Shown piece after piece: positions 38,817 through 53,064 of a stretch of DNA of 64,000 nt; the first letter of the stretch is position 1, and the number at the start of each line of letters is the position of its first letter. Under the pieces are notes generated by a model that was not told where the DNA came from, searched no databases, and worked only from the letters and a program-made list of their open reading frames with translations. This stretch comes from Lingula anatina (Eukaryota > Animalia > Brachiopoda), in the NCBI GenBank assembly GCA_051362555.1, contig CM120642.1:17732001-17796000 (forward strand). Direction: 5' to 3'. The position numbers and the translations under genes are program-made.

Positions 38817-41800
38817 ATGCATTTAGACGAGTTTTTACAGATTATCGGTGAGTTTGGGACTTTCCAGAGACGCCAGTATTTCCTAATATGTCTGGCGGCT
38901 CTGTACACGGCTGTCCCTATCCTCTGTTCCGTGTTCCTTGCAGCAACGCCCACATATAACTGTAAAATTCCCGCAGAGTACGTATCGAGCGCGGATAGGG
39001 CCTACAGAAACCTTTCTCACGAGGAGCTGCTAAACCTGACCATCCCATGGGAAGAAAAAGACGGAGAACTGGTACGAAGTAGCTGTAAGCTGAAATCATG
39101 GGAGAGAGATAACCGAACGGGAAATGGCACATATTATGAGGTTCCTTCCGCCTCAGATAATAACACAGGGAGTATTGAATGTCCTCTGGACCGGGAATAC
39201 AGTCAAGAAATTCATACGTCAACTGTGGTATCAGAGGTAAGAATACAACTTGTAAATTATTATACCACCTTAACTTTCATTCGACTATTTTCCATTTTTA
39301 TTTCATGATCTATTGATCCGACTGTGAAGGAAGAATTCCAGACGTAACATCGTAAAGTGCTTCTTCATACCAAAAAATATTAACCACTAATAATGTCCTA
39401 TTTTGAATCTTAGAGAGAGGTTGCCTCACTCTCTAATAATTCCTTCAGTTTGATCTGGGCTGTGGCAACGAATGGCTGGTCAGCACAAGTCAGTCCGTAT
39501 TCTTTGTCGGAAAACTGGTGGGGGATGCTTTATCAGGGATACTTAGTGATAGGTGAGTATCGCAAAGTATAATTCTGTGCAATGGCTGAAGATATTTGAT
39601 AGGTCCATTGTGAGAAAATGAAGTATGAAGATGGATTTCTAAACTGAAATGTATGTTGAATGATTATGACATGTGCAAAAAGAAGCGAAATGGGCTTTAA
39701 CTTTATACGATCGTCTGCCCTCTATCTGTGATCGTTTAATTTGCTTTCGATTCAATATACATGTACCTGCATAGTCTCCATCATTTTATGTAATGTACTT
39801 CGTTTTATTTTCAAATAAAAAGTCGGGACACCATCAACACCCTACTTATCAATAACTTTATTCTCTAATGCTATATCGTTTGGCTTCCGGCGACACTGAA
39901 AATGTGACAGGGATAATAGTCCAAGAAATGGAAGCACACGTTCTATATATAGTTAATTAAGTTGAAGGTTAGGTGTTGGGGATTGACATATGGGACAAAT
40001 GGCACCTGTTTAAAGTAATGAGTAATGAGTGCGGGGCCTGGCAGACTAGCATTCGTGTCGCTCTCTACAAGGGCCACAGATTGATTTTTCGCTTATTCGC
40101 TAATAACAGCTAGATATGTTTTTGTATAATTCATGGAATTTTTCTGCACTTAGAGAAAAAGTGCACGTAATTCATCTGCGGTCCTGGTAGAGTATACATC
40201 CATATCACACCGGACAATGTTGGAACATGCATCCAGCAGGTGTCTCATATTTTGGATATTTCTTATTAATCTAATTGCCAATACGTGGCAGTTTGTATTT
40301 GAATATATGCAAGCAAACGTTGTCTTATTTTGTCGGGTTATTTTAGGATATCATTAGATCAAAATAATTCATTATAATTTCAGGTTCGGGCGGAAACCGA
40401 CGTTTCTGGTTGCGGCAATGTTATCGGCATCTGTGGGGATCCTCACCGCCCTTTCACCCAATGTGATAGTATACATAGTGTCTCAAGGTCTCCAGGGATC
40501 ACTCAGTGGCTGTATATTCCTGACTACATTCACCATTGGTAATTGGCTAACTTGAAAACTACGCGGAAATATGGCAAACAAGTTTGTTAATCTTCACAAC
40601 TTTGTGAACTTCTACCCCACGCGTCTTGTTATAAGTATTTATTCTCCAGTCAACATGGAACGAAATTATACCTTTCCTGTGTTCATCTTGCAAAGATAAA
40701 GTCCAAATATTTATTAAGCTACTTATGAAGCCCATTGAATGTTTTTTTGTTTGTTCAGTAGCTATCATTCACTTAATAATCTTTTGTCTTCATTTTACAG
40801 GACTCGAATTTGTGGGCCCAAGCAAACGAAATTTGACTGGATTTGGCGTTATGTACTTCTTTAGTTTTGGTTACTTCTACCTCGTACTGTTTGCTTACTT
40901 CATAAGAAACTGGAGACACCTCGCTCTAGTGCTGTACGTGCCTGCCTACCTGTTTGGGCTGTATTATTTGTAAGTAAAATCTTCAGAACTATTCACATGT
41001 GTCTAAAGTGCGTTATGCTTGGCCAGACTTTTTTCATTGAAGTACAGGAAGCATGTTTTAAAAGCCGTCATCATCTTCAGATGATCTGTAGGAGAGTTTT
41101 GGCGAATTTTTCACATGATCGCTAAATTAGTTGCAAGACACATGCCTTAAAATATTCTGTCCTATAGTCGCCTAAGATTTAAAAGTAAACGTTTTAAACG
41201 GGGAAATTGATATATCTGAACGAAATTAGAAAATAAATGCATAGCCTGTAACTTATTCAGCTTTGAGCGCCTCAGGCCACGTTGTTGAAAAGGGACTCAA
41301 CAGGCTCTCGGGTCTCTGGGATGATGAATATTGGTTAAGGTGGCTAGTCAGTGTGATCAAGTATCTTGGCCCCAGTTTCACAAAAAAAACTAAGTCAGTT
41401 CCCTGGCTTAGTTAACTAGGATTTCCATGAGTGCTGTTTCACTGCTCCTTATCTGAAAAAAATGTTCCCATGTGACCATGTAACCTTGGTAATTAGGTTC
41501 ATAACAAGGGAACCTGACTGTGTGTGTGTGCGTGTACGTGTGCGTGTGTGTGAAACCGGGGCCGAGTATCTTGGTCAGCTGTGTGACTAAGTTTTAAAAG
41601 CCACATTTAAACATCAAACAAACCAGATCAATTGCGCTTGTTTTTTGACACAAGTATTTTGCTTTAAGTGCATTATTATTGCAGTTCAAATTATATTTAA
41701 CTGCCGTCCCATCGCTTTATATTCCAGCGTTCTTCCCGAATCTTTCCGTTGGCTGCTGTCAAGGCGCCGCACCGAAGAAGCAGAAAAGTTAATCCGATCA

Positions 41801-43785
41801 GTTTCTATGACAAATATCAACTCTGAGCCTGATGATGAGACTATTAAGTCTGTCATAGAGGACAAAGATGAAGCGGTCACTTCTACTCGGACCTACACCC
41901 CTTTAGATATGGTGAGGACATGGAAACGGACGGCTTTAACGATTAATGTGTGTTTTAACTGGTGAGTAGAGAAATGAGTCGAGTTAACACATTATTTTTC
42001 TTGACTCAACCTACGATTCAAGGAAGAAAATGCACAAATGGGTTATTAATCAAACCGAACACAGTTATAATAGTTAAATACATGTATGTTTTCACCACCA
42101 CTTCGATATTTTAAATAACAATTGTGAGCCGTGAATGAGACAAGAAATGGAAGGTAATATGCACCACATTGTGTATAGAAAATAGTCACAAATTCTAAGT
42201 AACTAATCTGTGTTGATTTGATATGACTAATTGTGTCCAAATTTACATTTTAAAGGATGGTCAACAGCATGGTGTATTACGGGCTGTCACTGAACTCTGC
42301 GGGATTGGGAGGTGATCTCTACCTAAACTTTACACTGATGGGGGCCATTGAAATCCCGGCCTACACTCTGGCTGTTTTCCTCATCGACAAAATTGGCAGA
42401 AGAATGTCCTTGGTCGGATTCATGATACTCGGCGGGGTGGCTTGCATTGTTTCCGGCACTGTGCCGTCAGGTTAGTTAAAGAACTCTTCGTATGGGATCT
42501 CTTAAGAGATTAGTACAATAAACATACTTTTAGAAAAAACGGACTGACTTTGCATGCAGAAATGGATTCTTTAACCATTGGTAAGTATAATAAAATTGTC
42601 GTTTACCCCTGGAAAATTCTTTTTTTTTCCCCCAAATGAGCAGTTGTTATCACTTTAGGTTATTCAGTGCCACTTAACGCCAGAACTGCTAAGTTCCCGA
42701 AGTACGCGCTTCTTCGACTGTCACTTTGAACTTTTAATTAAGCTTTTAATTAAGAACAAAAAAGTTATAGAAAATGTAGCCTTGATTTTTACAGTAATTC
42801 AGATCGTCGTGTGCTTTTCGGTAAACTGACTCATTTGTATTTTCAGATTTGCATTGGCTTATTATGACAATGGCATTAATTGGCAAGATGGGCATCTCTG
42901 CATCGTTTGCTGTGATATACGTGTTGACGGCGGAGGTTTACCCAACAGTGATGAGGTAGGTTTGCCTGAACCGGTGTGACAGGAATGGGAGTCCTGGGAA
43001 TGTACAGGTTTAATAGGGTTATAGGCAGCATTTTGGTTAGTATAAGGGACGAATGTCACCTGTACAAAGTAATGAGATGCGGACTACGGTTCCTAGCGGA
43101 CTTCCTTTCCTGTTACACCGGTAACCTTCAATTCCTTCAGATGTTATTTAGTAGGCCACATTGGTACTGCGTCGATCATAATAGAATTTTAAAGATTAAT
43201 ATTCTCGCCTGTTTAATTGACTTCAGTCTCATGGTAAATTTTCGATTCTTCCAGAATTATAGCTCTGGGCTTGTCGTCTACCTTTGCCAGAGTTGGCAGC
43301 GCCTTGGCTCCTCAAGTTATTTTGATAAAGGAGCCATTTGCTGCACTGCCTTTTATCATCCTTGGAGCTGAGTCAATCATCGCAGGACTGCTGTCACTTC
43401 TGTTACCTGAGACTGTGCGCAGGGATCTCCCGCAGAACCTAGAGGAATTTGACAACCTGTTGGAGTCTCCTAGGTTGTAAATACTTTTACGGATCCATTA
43501 TGTTTGACACTGATTTGAAAGCTTCAGTGGGGACAATGATATCAATGATAATATTAGTACACTTGTTAGCCCTATGATAGAATTTTAAAATAAAGATAAA
43601 AACAAAATCCGGATCTGAAACGTTATTTAGTGCCTTGCAATTATTGGTTTGTTTATAATTTCAGAGTCTACGAAGAAGCCAAACCTGGAACGAAAAAAGA
43701 GAAGGGTGATAAGAAAGATGAAGAAATAAAGGAAGACAAATCCGAAGATGACAAAAAAATGGAAAAGATGCAAACACGACTGTAA
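38817..43785 (+). CDS. SLC22 family transporter 2 (581 aa); exons 38817-39236, 39449-39552, 40384-40538, 40801-40969, 41728-41961, 42256-42470, 42847-42955, 43255-43473, 43665-43785
   Basis: All introns GT-AG, conserved exon sizes, SLC22 motifs; ends QTRL*. Confidence 0.93.
41368..41563. mobile_element. MITE in intron 4 of SLC22 gene 2
   Basis: TIRs GGCCCCAGTTTCACA / TGTGAAACCGGGGCC flanked by the direct repeat AGTATCT(T). Confidence 0.75.
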
Positions 43786-44527
43786 CTTTTAGGGCAACGG
43801 CTGTACCCCCTTGTGGTAGGGTACTAGGGTCTTCAACAACTGGGCTTTTACCCATGTATATGTGACACATACAGTTGGACGTATATATCCAAGCCGTATT
43901 TACAATTTAAGTGTGACTTGAAGATCTGCACCTGCATAGGGGGATAGTACCTCAGATACACATACAGCGTTCGTGTATAAAACACTATCAATATTCTTTA
44001 TCAAGAGGGACATCGACATATTGCCACATTTACTGTTTGAATCATGTAACAAAGTCTACAACTTTACACCAATCAATACCAATATAATATCAGTGGTATT
44101 GTTACACGTTATCAACGGTACATGTACTGGTATGTTCTTTATCAATGATACAGGTAAATTTTCAATATTACTGACACATTATTATTTGATTAGTTTTATC
44201 TTAAAAGCTAAATACTGTATTAAGCATTCGATATGGGTGGTTACTGCTTTGTTTTGAAATTTTTGATAAACGAGGAGTATTGCATAAATAACTATATATA
44301 CAGAACATAACCAGATTTTTGTGCAGCTTTATAACAAGCGTTGCTCGTTCCTTTTGAAAACGAATGAATCGGTATGTATCTGTAACTGGGGGTGTTCAAA
44401 TGTTTTATTTGTTCATGTAAATGTTTTCCAATGTACTTGTGCATATAGATATTTGAAAGTGAACTTATAATCCATTTAAAAGCCGCCTTGGACTGTATGG
44501 TTTATAGTCCGTTTCTTTCTCTGTTTC

Positions 44528-44531
<4 letters not shown>

Positions 44532-44565
<34 letters not shown>

Positions 44566-44590
44566 TGTGTGTGTGCGAACGTGCGTGTGT
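44532..44590. repeat. (TG)n microsatellite
   Basis: Seen directly; others at ~27712-27731 (TG) and ~53115-53145 (TA). Confidence 0.9.
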
Positions 44591-45359
44591 TTACTACATA
44601 CATGTATAATATTTATAGCTTATGCAGTGTATATAAATGGTTTTAGTAGAATAAATTGGCTCGTTATATTTGGGGTATTTTGTCTATATTTGGGCATTCT
44701 TAATAGCTGATCATGAGTTATGCTACCAAAATCAATAACGATTTCCTTATTTCGTACTTGGTTAAATATATATTGGTGGGATAAAAAACGTTCCTAATTT
44801 CGAAATTCAATAAGATATTACAATGAAATTAAGAATATTTTGTGTTTTTAATAAGTAAAAAATAATATGCTGGCCGATGTGACAAGTGCCAGAGTCTGGC
44901 AGTTTTTACACTTTGTCTTAAGAATTGAATATTTTCGAAGAGACAAAATTATTAAATCATCATTTTCATCATCATTTTTGTAACGAGCCCATTTCAGCGA
45001 CAGCAATAAATCCCAAAATATAGAAATGTAGATGTACACTTAGTCTACAGGCCGAAGAATAGATATAAAGTACTATACTTGAACAAGTCGTGAGTAGAGA
45101 ATGAAATGCAAAGCGCAAAATGCGATGGAGAGTGGACCATAAATAACTCGCAACACCAAGCATAGCAGTAAGCTATTTACAATAATGATGACGCACCATT
45201 ACATGGCGGGCACTTGTCTTTAAACAACCTTATCTAAGCAACCTTTTCACACGCGCAGCAATATTAAGGCAGTCTGGTTTGAACAGATCTTGACAACAAC
45301 TTTGGAGGTAACTAATATTGAAATAAAAATTGAGAGATCCTAACCTACCACCAAACAGG

Positions 45360-48300
45360 ATGCATTTGGACGAGCTTTTACAAATTATTGGCGAGTTTGG
45401 CACTTTTCAGAAACGACAGTATTTTCTAATTTGTGTGGTAGGACTGTACGGTGCTGTTCGTGTCTTCTCTCCGGTTTTTATGGCGGCAACGCCGAAACAC
45501 AACTGTAAAATCCCAGCCGAGTACGTATCGAGCGCAGAGAGGGTCTACGGAAACCTTTCTCACGAGGAGCTGCTGAACCTGACCATCCCATGGACAGAAA
45601 AGGACGGCAAATTGACCCGAAGTAGTTGTAAGCTGAGATCATGGAGGAGAGATAACAAAACGGGAAATGACACACATTATGAGATTCCTTCTGTTTCAGA
45701 TAATAACACAGCTATTGTTGAATGTCCCTTGGGACTAGAATACAGTCAAGAAATATATACCTCAACTGTGGTATCAGAGGTAAGAATGCAGCTTTTCTCA
45801 ATATTTATTTCCCTATGACTTTTGTGTTGTTTAAAATTTTGTATAAGCCGTAACAGATCAGATCAGTGGTATAGATATAACATTGAATATAAATGATACA
45901 TAGACATACAAATTTATTATAAACAAACAAAATTAAAGGAAAACCCAACAGAAATAAAGCAATTTTAGAATGGCACCCTTAGGAGTATAAAACTGTATAA
46001 AAAAGTGAAAATGCATTATTGTCCTCTTTTTAGAGCGACATATGCTACAGAACAACAAACCCTAAGTTGAAAAAAATGAGGTGAAATAAAGTTCTATGTT
46101 GACCTTTTTCCTCTCCTATTTGTTTAGTTTGACCTGACCTGTGGAAAGAAATGGCTAGTGAGCACGAGTCAATCCGTATACTTTGCCGGGAGACTGGTTG
46201 GGGATGCTTTATCAGGGATTATAAGTGACAGGTATATACGTGATAACGTTTGAATCGGTATAATCCAAACTTGTGCTTAATAATCACATTAATAAGCAAA
46301 ACGGCAAATTTAAAAGTTGATTGTTTAAAAAGTATAAAATTAATTTTAAAAACATCACCCTAACATATACGTATTTCAGGAACGCTACGCTAACCTCCTC
46401 TTAAGGTTAAGGCAAACAAACAGACTGATTGAACCCTATATAATAATAAAATTCAAATAAATAATAAAACGCTGGCTGAAACCTTATCTGCTTAAAGGGA
46501 TAATAACTCTTCATCTGAAATTCAAAATTCCACAATAAAAAGATTGTAAACAAAACATAAAAATCTAATAAATTCCATTTTACCACCAAAACAGCGGTTA
46601 TCGCAATTATTCTGAAATCTGTGATTGTCACGTGGACCCATACATATGTATTGGCTAATTGGAACTTCACAGATGGCTACCCTCCGTAATAATCTGTTAA
46701 GAGATAATTTCAAAAAACACATAAAAACAATCGCCTTACTTCGAATGTCGTAATGGATTAAACCGGTGTATGGGAAAAATTTAGTTTGCACCTGGAAAAT
46801 CCGTTTTATGGCACATTTTCCGCCAAAATGAAGAGTGGTTATCCCTGGTGCAGTATTAAAGCTTTTTTGTTGTCTTTGTTTCTTTGCGTTTTTTTTTTTT
46901 TTTTTTTTTTTTTGGGGGGGGGGGGGGGACATTGACCTAGACCATTACATATGACCTTGGTATCTGATGCCCTAAAACTTGGCATATGACATTTGTTTTC
47001 GGTGACTTCCAAACGCCTGAAATGAATGGGGATTGTTTTGTTCATTCGGAATGACACATTCCCTTTAGTCTTTGAACCATTCTGTTCTGACGATATGCCT
47101 ATTTAAACCCATACGTATGTATTGACGATCATTTAGGGGCTTCAAAAATATGAAAAAATATTTTCCATTTAGCTTTTATTTCTTTGCATTAATTTATATC
47201 ACAATTGTTTTATTTCATGATGTTTCAGATTCGGGAGACGACCGACGTTTTTGGTTGCCATCTTGCTATCGGCTTCTTTGGGGGTTCTTACCGCCTTGTC
47301 TCCCAATATGATAGTATACACGTTGTCTCTAGGGCTGCAGGGATCGCTTAATGGCTGTATATTCCTGACTGTATTCACTCTAGGTAAAATACCAACTTAA
47401 AAAGAGAGAAAAAGAAGGGGGAAGCGGAAATCTTGAACACTGTAACATCTAGTTTAAGCAAAGTTTCTACAGCATACTTTACAACTTCTAATGTGTTTCT
47501 AGAATCAACCACAGCTTGTTTGTTTACTTCAAATGTATCCCGTGCTTCAGATATGATGCATGCTAGCTTCTTTGTTTTTAATACCCCATGTCACTTAACC
47601 ACTTACTGATTTGAGAGCACCGAATTCTTTTTTATTCTTTTTTATTTTGCAGGGATTGAATATGTAGGTCCAAGCAAACGAAATTTTGCAGGATTTGGTG
47701 TAATGTATTTTTTTAGTCTTGGTTACTTTTACGTTGTACTGTTTGCCTATTTTATAAGAAACTGGAGACACCTAGGTCTAGCACTGTTCGTGCCTGCTTA
47801 CCTATTTGGATTATATTATTTGTAAGTATAATATATAGCCTTACAAACAAATAAAATGTTCAGCACTAGACTGTGTACATGTACGTATGTTTTGAAATTT
47901 TGAATTACTGGCCGGGGAATTTGGACGCTAGAAAATACTGTGATATTCGCGATTTTTTTTCACTTTGACTCAAAAGTTAAACTAGGTTCAATAAGTCAAA
48001 ATGACTGACAACCTGAGTCGCAGCTATGTGACAAAGAAACTTCAGTCACAATGACGAAATTTGCTTCCCAGTCTATGTACAATATTAGACTGTACTTTCA
48101 CCATTATTTGGCTCGTGGCTTTTAAAATATTTAAGCATCAAAACAGGAGGTCCAGAAAGTACATAAAATTTTGTTGTTTTTTTTAATCAAAACCAGGATA
48201 GTGACATACGCCGTTAATGGCACCAATGGTGCATTTTTAATCGCGCTACTTGATTCAGTTCCTAATTATAGGCAACTTTTATTTCACATAATTGTTTCAG

Positions 48301-51300
48301 CATTCTTCCCGAATCTTTCCGATGGCTGCTATCAAGGCGCCGCATAAAAGAAGCAGAGAAGTTGATCCGATCAGTTTCTATGACAAACATGAACTCCGAG
48401 CCTGATGATGAGACTATTAAGTCTGTCATAGAAGACAAGGATGAAACGGTCATCTCTGCTCAGACCTACACCCCTTTAGACCTTGTGAGAACATGGAAAC
48501 GGGCCGCACTGACGGCAAACGTGTGCTTCAACTGGTGAGCTTAAATTTCAAATTAATGGCTGTTAGCTAATTTTGGAATAGAATTTGGATATGCACCTTG
48601 ACAATTGTCGCTCTAGTTAAAATACAGTTGAAATATTAAAATATAACGTGCAATTAAGCCAGGACATTAAAAAAAGTTCTCAGACAAGCGAGCCAGTGCA
48701 TAATATATCAGTTAAACATTCCTCTCGGTGTGAAAGGGGAGAAAGAATCTGCTGGTTTGATTTATTTTTTATTTTTATTTTATTATTATTATTTGTTAAT
48801 TTTTGCCAAGGTTGGTAAACGGTATGGTATACTATGGTTTGGCACTAAACTCCGAGGGATTGGGTGGTGATCTCTACCTCAATTTTACCCTGATGGGGGC
48901 CATTGAATTCCCGGCCTACACTCTGGCTGTTTTCCTCATCGACAAAATTGGCAGAAGAAAATCACTGGCGGGATTTATGGTGCTTGGAGGGGTGGCTTGC
49001 ATTGCTTCCGGTTGTCTGCCTACAGGTGTGTTAAGTTTTACAGTGTCGCATAAAGGCAAAACTGTTGCGCGTCCTAAAATGCATATACAACATTGGTCAA
49101 AAAGGTTGTCCCACCCTCATTTCCATGTACTTATATTTACAAATGATCACCTTACAGATGTAAATTGTTATAAACAATAATAATAATAATAATTTATTAA
49201 GCCAATAAAATACAAATGTATAAAATCGGGAATCTTTTGCCCTGTAGTAGCCCCATTGAAATATAAAAAATGAAAATTAAAATTACATGTTAGAGTTAAA
49301 AATAGTTACTGCCGAAGGATAAAAGCTATTTAAAAATCGCTTACTACCCTTAAAAGCTAAGAGTCTCGAATTGCTAGGTAAAAATTTAAAAAGGGTATGG
49401 GCTGGATGGGAACTGTCTGTCATTATTGATAATGTTTTCTTTTTAGTCCTGTCTAGATATATAGTATGGACGGGAGTTAGATCTGTTCCAATTACAATCC
49501 CTGCAGTTTCGACGATCTTTTCCAACTTGTTCCTCTCCTCCACAGTTGCACGTCCATACCAAACAGTTACTGAATAAGTTAAAATACTCTCTAAAACACA
49601 CCTGTAAAAGTTCGTTAAAATAAACACATTTCTGGTAAAAGCTTTCAATTTCCTTAAGAAATACATTCGTTGACGTGCCTTTTTCAATAGCTTCGTGATG
49701 TTATCGCCCCAGGTTAACCTATTATTCAGCTGAACCCCTAGTAATTTATAATTAGAAACCTGTTCGACCGCTTTACCGTTAACTTCCAAGGGATTTTTAC
49801 TTATCTGATTTCTTCTGAAGTCTATGATCATTTCTTTTGTTTTGCTCACATTTAATATCAAGTCATTGTCTGTGCACCAATTTACTAAACTTGTAACCGA
49901 CTGCCTGTATGACATCTCATCATTATGGTGTATCAAGCCGACTAAAGTTGTGTCATCGGCAAACTTCATTAAAAATGTATTTTCCTCCCTCGCCACACAG
50001 TCGTGGGTGAATAACGTATATAAACAAGGTGATAAGACGCAGCCCTGGGGTGTGCCAGTGTTTAAAACTATAGTGTCCGAGAAGTTAAAACCGACTTTTA
50101 CTGACTGTTTTCTGTTTAAAAGAAAATCTAAAATCCAATCGCAGAGTGCTGGTGGAAAATTAAGATCATCCAAAAGTTTAAAATACAATTTGCTTGGTAC
50201 AATAGTATTAAATGCTGAGCTATAGTCAACAAATAAAATTCTAACATAGGCATTTTTACAATCGAGATGTTCGAGAACTTTGTGTAAACACATAGAAAGA
50301 GCATCGTCTACACTTCTGTTACTGCGGTAGGCAAATTGGAGTGGATCAAAGCTATTTGGCACTAAAGTTTTAATAAAAGACAGAACAAGTTTTTCGAATA
50401 TCTTCATAGGCACCGGTGTCAAAGCAACAGGACGGAGATCATTTAAATTCTCTACAGTTTTACTTTTTGGCACAGGTATGATGGTTGCTGTCTTCCATAT
50501 TTCAGGCACTCTGCACATTTCAATTGACCAGTTGAATATTTCCGCGAACACATCTGAAAGCTGGGCTGCGCATTCCTTTAAAAGTCGTGATGTTATACCG
50601 TCAGGGCCTGGAGCTTTCCTGGTGTTTAAAGCCGAGAAATAACACTTGACTTGCCATGATTGAATAGTAAATGGCGGCACGCGCTCCCCTAGGGTTGGTG
50701 TGTGGACCTGAGTGTGGTTGGTCCTATCAAAACGAGAATAAAACTCATTCAACTTGTTAGGGAGTGTGGAGTCCTCTGTATCAACGGCACGTCTGGACCC
50801 TTTATACTGTGTGACCAGAGCGATATTGTCCCAGAGATCCTTTGCACTATTGGACTGGAATTTCTGTTCGATTTTCAAATTATCTTTTTCTTTGCCTTTT
50901 TGATGGCAATTTTTAGGTCCAATTTTGTTTTACGATATGCTGCAACATTTGTTTCTTTCTCACGGTACGCTTGGTCTTTAGCTTTTATAAGATTCTTTAT
51001 GTTCTTGTCAACCCACAGTTTAGTGTTCGGGTATTGCTTAATAGTCCTAGAAGGAATGCAGATCTCTTCACAAAACTTGATGTACTCAGTTACCACTAAA
51101 GTGAAGTCATGGATGCTGTTGTCCGATTTAAGGGCTGCCTTTTATTATAGATAAGGCATCTGGAATAAAAAGCTCTATTTCTAACAATTAACATCTGTGA
51201 CTTGATCATTTGTAAATAAAAGTACATGGAAATGGGGGTGGGACAACCTTTTTGACCAATGTTGTATCTTCGACTGTCACCATGATCAGTGTCAGAGCCT

Positions 51301-51584
51301 CTTGAAAGTAAGGCTGCTTCGGTATTACATTGTTTTATCAGACTTAACTGATATGATGTTACGTCATTAATGGATTTTATTGGTTAATTTAAAAAGAAGC
51401 TTAATTCATCTGTCATTGAGAATGCCTTAAGATCGATTTTTTTTTCTTATCATCCTACTGGCATTCTTAAAGGGATAATAACTCTTCGTTTTGGCCAAAA
51501 AATGAATTTTCCTGGAGTAAACAACAATTTTCCCATAATTACCAATGGTTCATGAATCCATTTTTACATTCAAAGTTAGTCCCT

Positions 51585-51615
<31 letters not shown>

Positions 51616-52322
51616 CTAAAAAGTTTGGGTTTTTGTTAAAATCTCTTAAGAGATTATAACAGAGTATAGCCATCAGTGGAAGTCACGTGATCTGAAGACA
51701 AGCTCAGATATCAGAATATTATCTATAACTGCCGTTTTTGTGGTAAAACAGAATATATTATATTTCTATGAGTTGTTCACAATGTTTTTACTGTGAAATA
51801 AAGATATCATACGAAGAGTTATTATCCCTTTAACTTTCCGAATTTATCAAATTCTAACAAAATCAAACCTCTGAGATATTAATTTATCTTAAGCGTGTCT
51901 AATGTCAATTTTTCCTAGCTAGCTTTGTAATTTAAATAATGCTTTGATCATAACTAAGTGATTTATAACCAAATCATGATTTAAATCTAAAAAAAAATTG
52001 AGAAGACTTGAAAATGAAGAAAGACGGGGATGGATCTAATAATGATCCCTCATTAGGTGATTTTTTTCGTTAGGAAAATCCCGTCTCTAATACCTTGTTC
52101 CATTATTCATATTACCTTTTCAGATTTGCATTGGTTAATAGTAACGTTGGCAGTCCTTGGTAAGATGGGAATCTCCGCTTCTTTTACGATAATCTACGTG
52201 GTGACAGCAGAGGTTCATCCAACAGTAATAAGGTACTAAGTATTAAGGGTTTTTTATTTACTTATTTATTTATTTTTACTTTTTTATTTATTTTTTATTT
52301 ATTATTATTATTATTATTATTA

Positions 52323-52362
<40 letters not shown>

Positions 52363-53064
52363 AGTATATTCGATTGGCACTGGTTTTCTATTGTGGAACT
52401 TATTGTAACTCCGACGAGGGCTCCAGTAAAAGTTTTACTGAAAAATGGAATTTTTAATCTGTTCGAATTTCGTTTAGCTCAAAGGGAATACGTTAATATT
52501 CCAGAGTCATAGCTCTGGGATTGGCGTCTGCCTTTGCCAGAGTTGGCAGCGCCTTGGCTCCTCAAGTTATTTTGATAAAGGAGCCAATTGCTGCACTGCC
52601 TTTCATCATCCTTGGAGCTGAGTCAATCATCGCAGGACTTCTGTCACTTCTGTTACCTGAGACTGTGCGCAGAGATCTCCCGCAGAACCTAGAGGAATTC
52701 GACAACTTGTTGGAGTCTCCTAGGTTGTAAATAATTTATTTAACTATTGTGCAAACGGACTAATTAAATGTATCACTTAGGACGCTAACTTTTCCCATTC
52801 ATGGTACTTGTACAGTACGTGTTCAAATAATGTACATATATAACAACTACGCATGCGTTACATTAAAAAAAGGTATTAGCCTTATTACTGGTGTCTTCAA
52901 GCAATTCAGCACTTGTTTATAAATTCTTCTTTTACAATAACAGAGTCTACGAAGAAAGCAAACCCCAAGCGAACACGGGAAAAGATAAAAAGGAAGTTGG
53001 AGAAAAGCAACAAGGAGAACTTGAGGACAGCAAACAGCAAGAAGAGATCTATACGAGACTCTAA
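45360..53064 (+). CDS. SLC22 family transporter 3 (581 aa); exons 45360-45779, 46128-46231, 47229-47383, 47653-47821, 48301-48534, 48811-49025, 52124-52232, 52505-52723, 52944-53064
   Basis: All introns GT-AG, same exon sizes as gene 2, SLC22 motifs; ends YTRL*. Confidence 0.93.
46496..46846. mobile_element. Kolobok-type MITE, right flank degenerate
   Basis: TTAA-AGGGATAATAACTCTTCA ... TGAAGAGTGGTTATCCCT. Confidence 0.6.
49088..51264. mobile_element. Tc1/mariner-type MITE (~80-bp TIRs, TA TSD) interrupted by a LINE
   Basis: TA-CAACATTGGTCAAAAAGGTTGTCCCACCC... and ...GGGTGGGACAACCTTTTTGACCAATGTTG-TA. Confidence 0.88.
49175..51130 (-). mobile_element. 5'-truncated Rex1/Babar-clade non-LTR retrotransposon with intact RT domain
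   Basis: 531-aa ORF (49283-50878) with KAPGPDG, LRPVALT, DPLQFAYR, FVDYSSAFNTI, GTPQGCVLSP, KFADDTTLVGLI and the Rex1-like C-terminus KKARQRMYFLRKL...FYRCVLESILTY. The upstream ORF 50875-51096 joins it across one frameshift. It has an AATAAA+(TTA)n tail and no endonuclease domain. Confidence 0.9.
51471..51829. mobile_element. Kolobok-type MITE
   Basis: Perfect 19-bp TIR AGGGATAATAACTCTTCGT with TTAA TSD on both sides. Confidence 0.85.

Noticed and set aside
49283-50878. Retron, DGR or group II intron reverse transcriptase system
   Set aside because: The motifs, C-terminal domain, 3' tail and 5' truncation fit a non-LTR retrotransposon; no template/variable repeat pair or msr-msd was seen.
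49371-51154. Plus-strand ORFs (68, 133 and 150 aa)
   Set aside because: Antisense shadows of the Rex1-type RT ORF.
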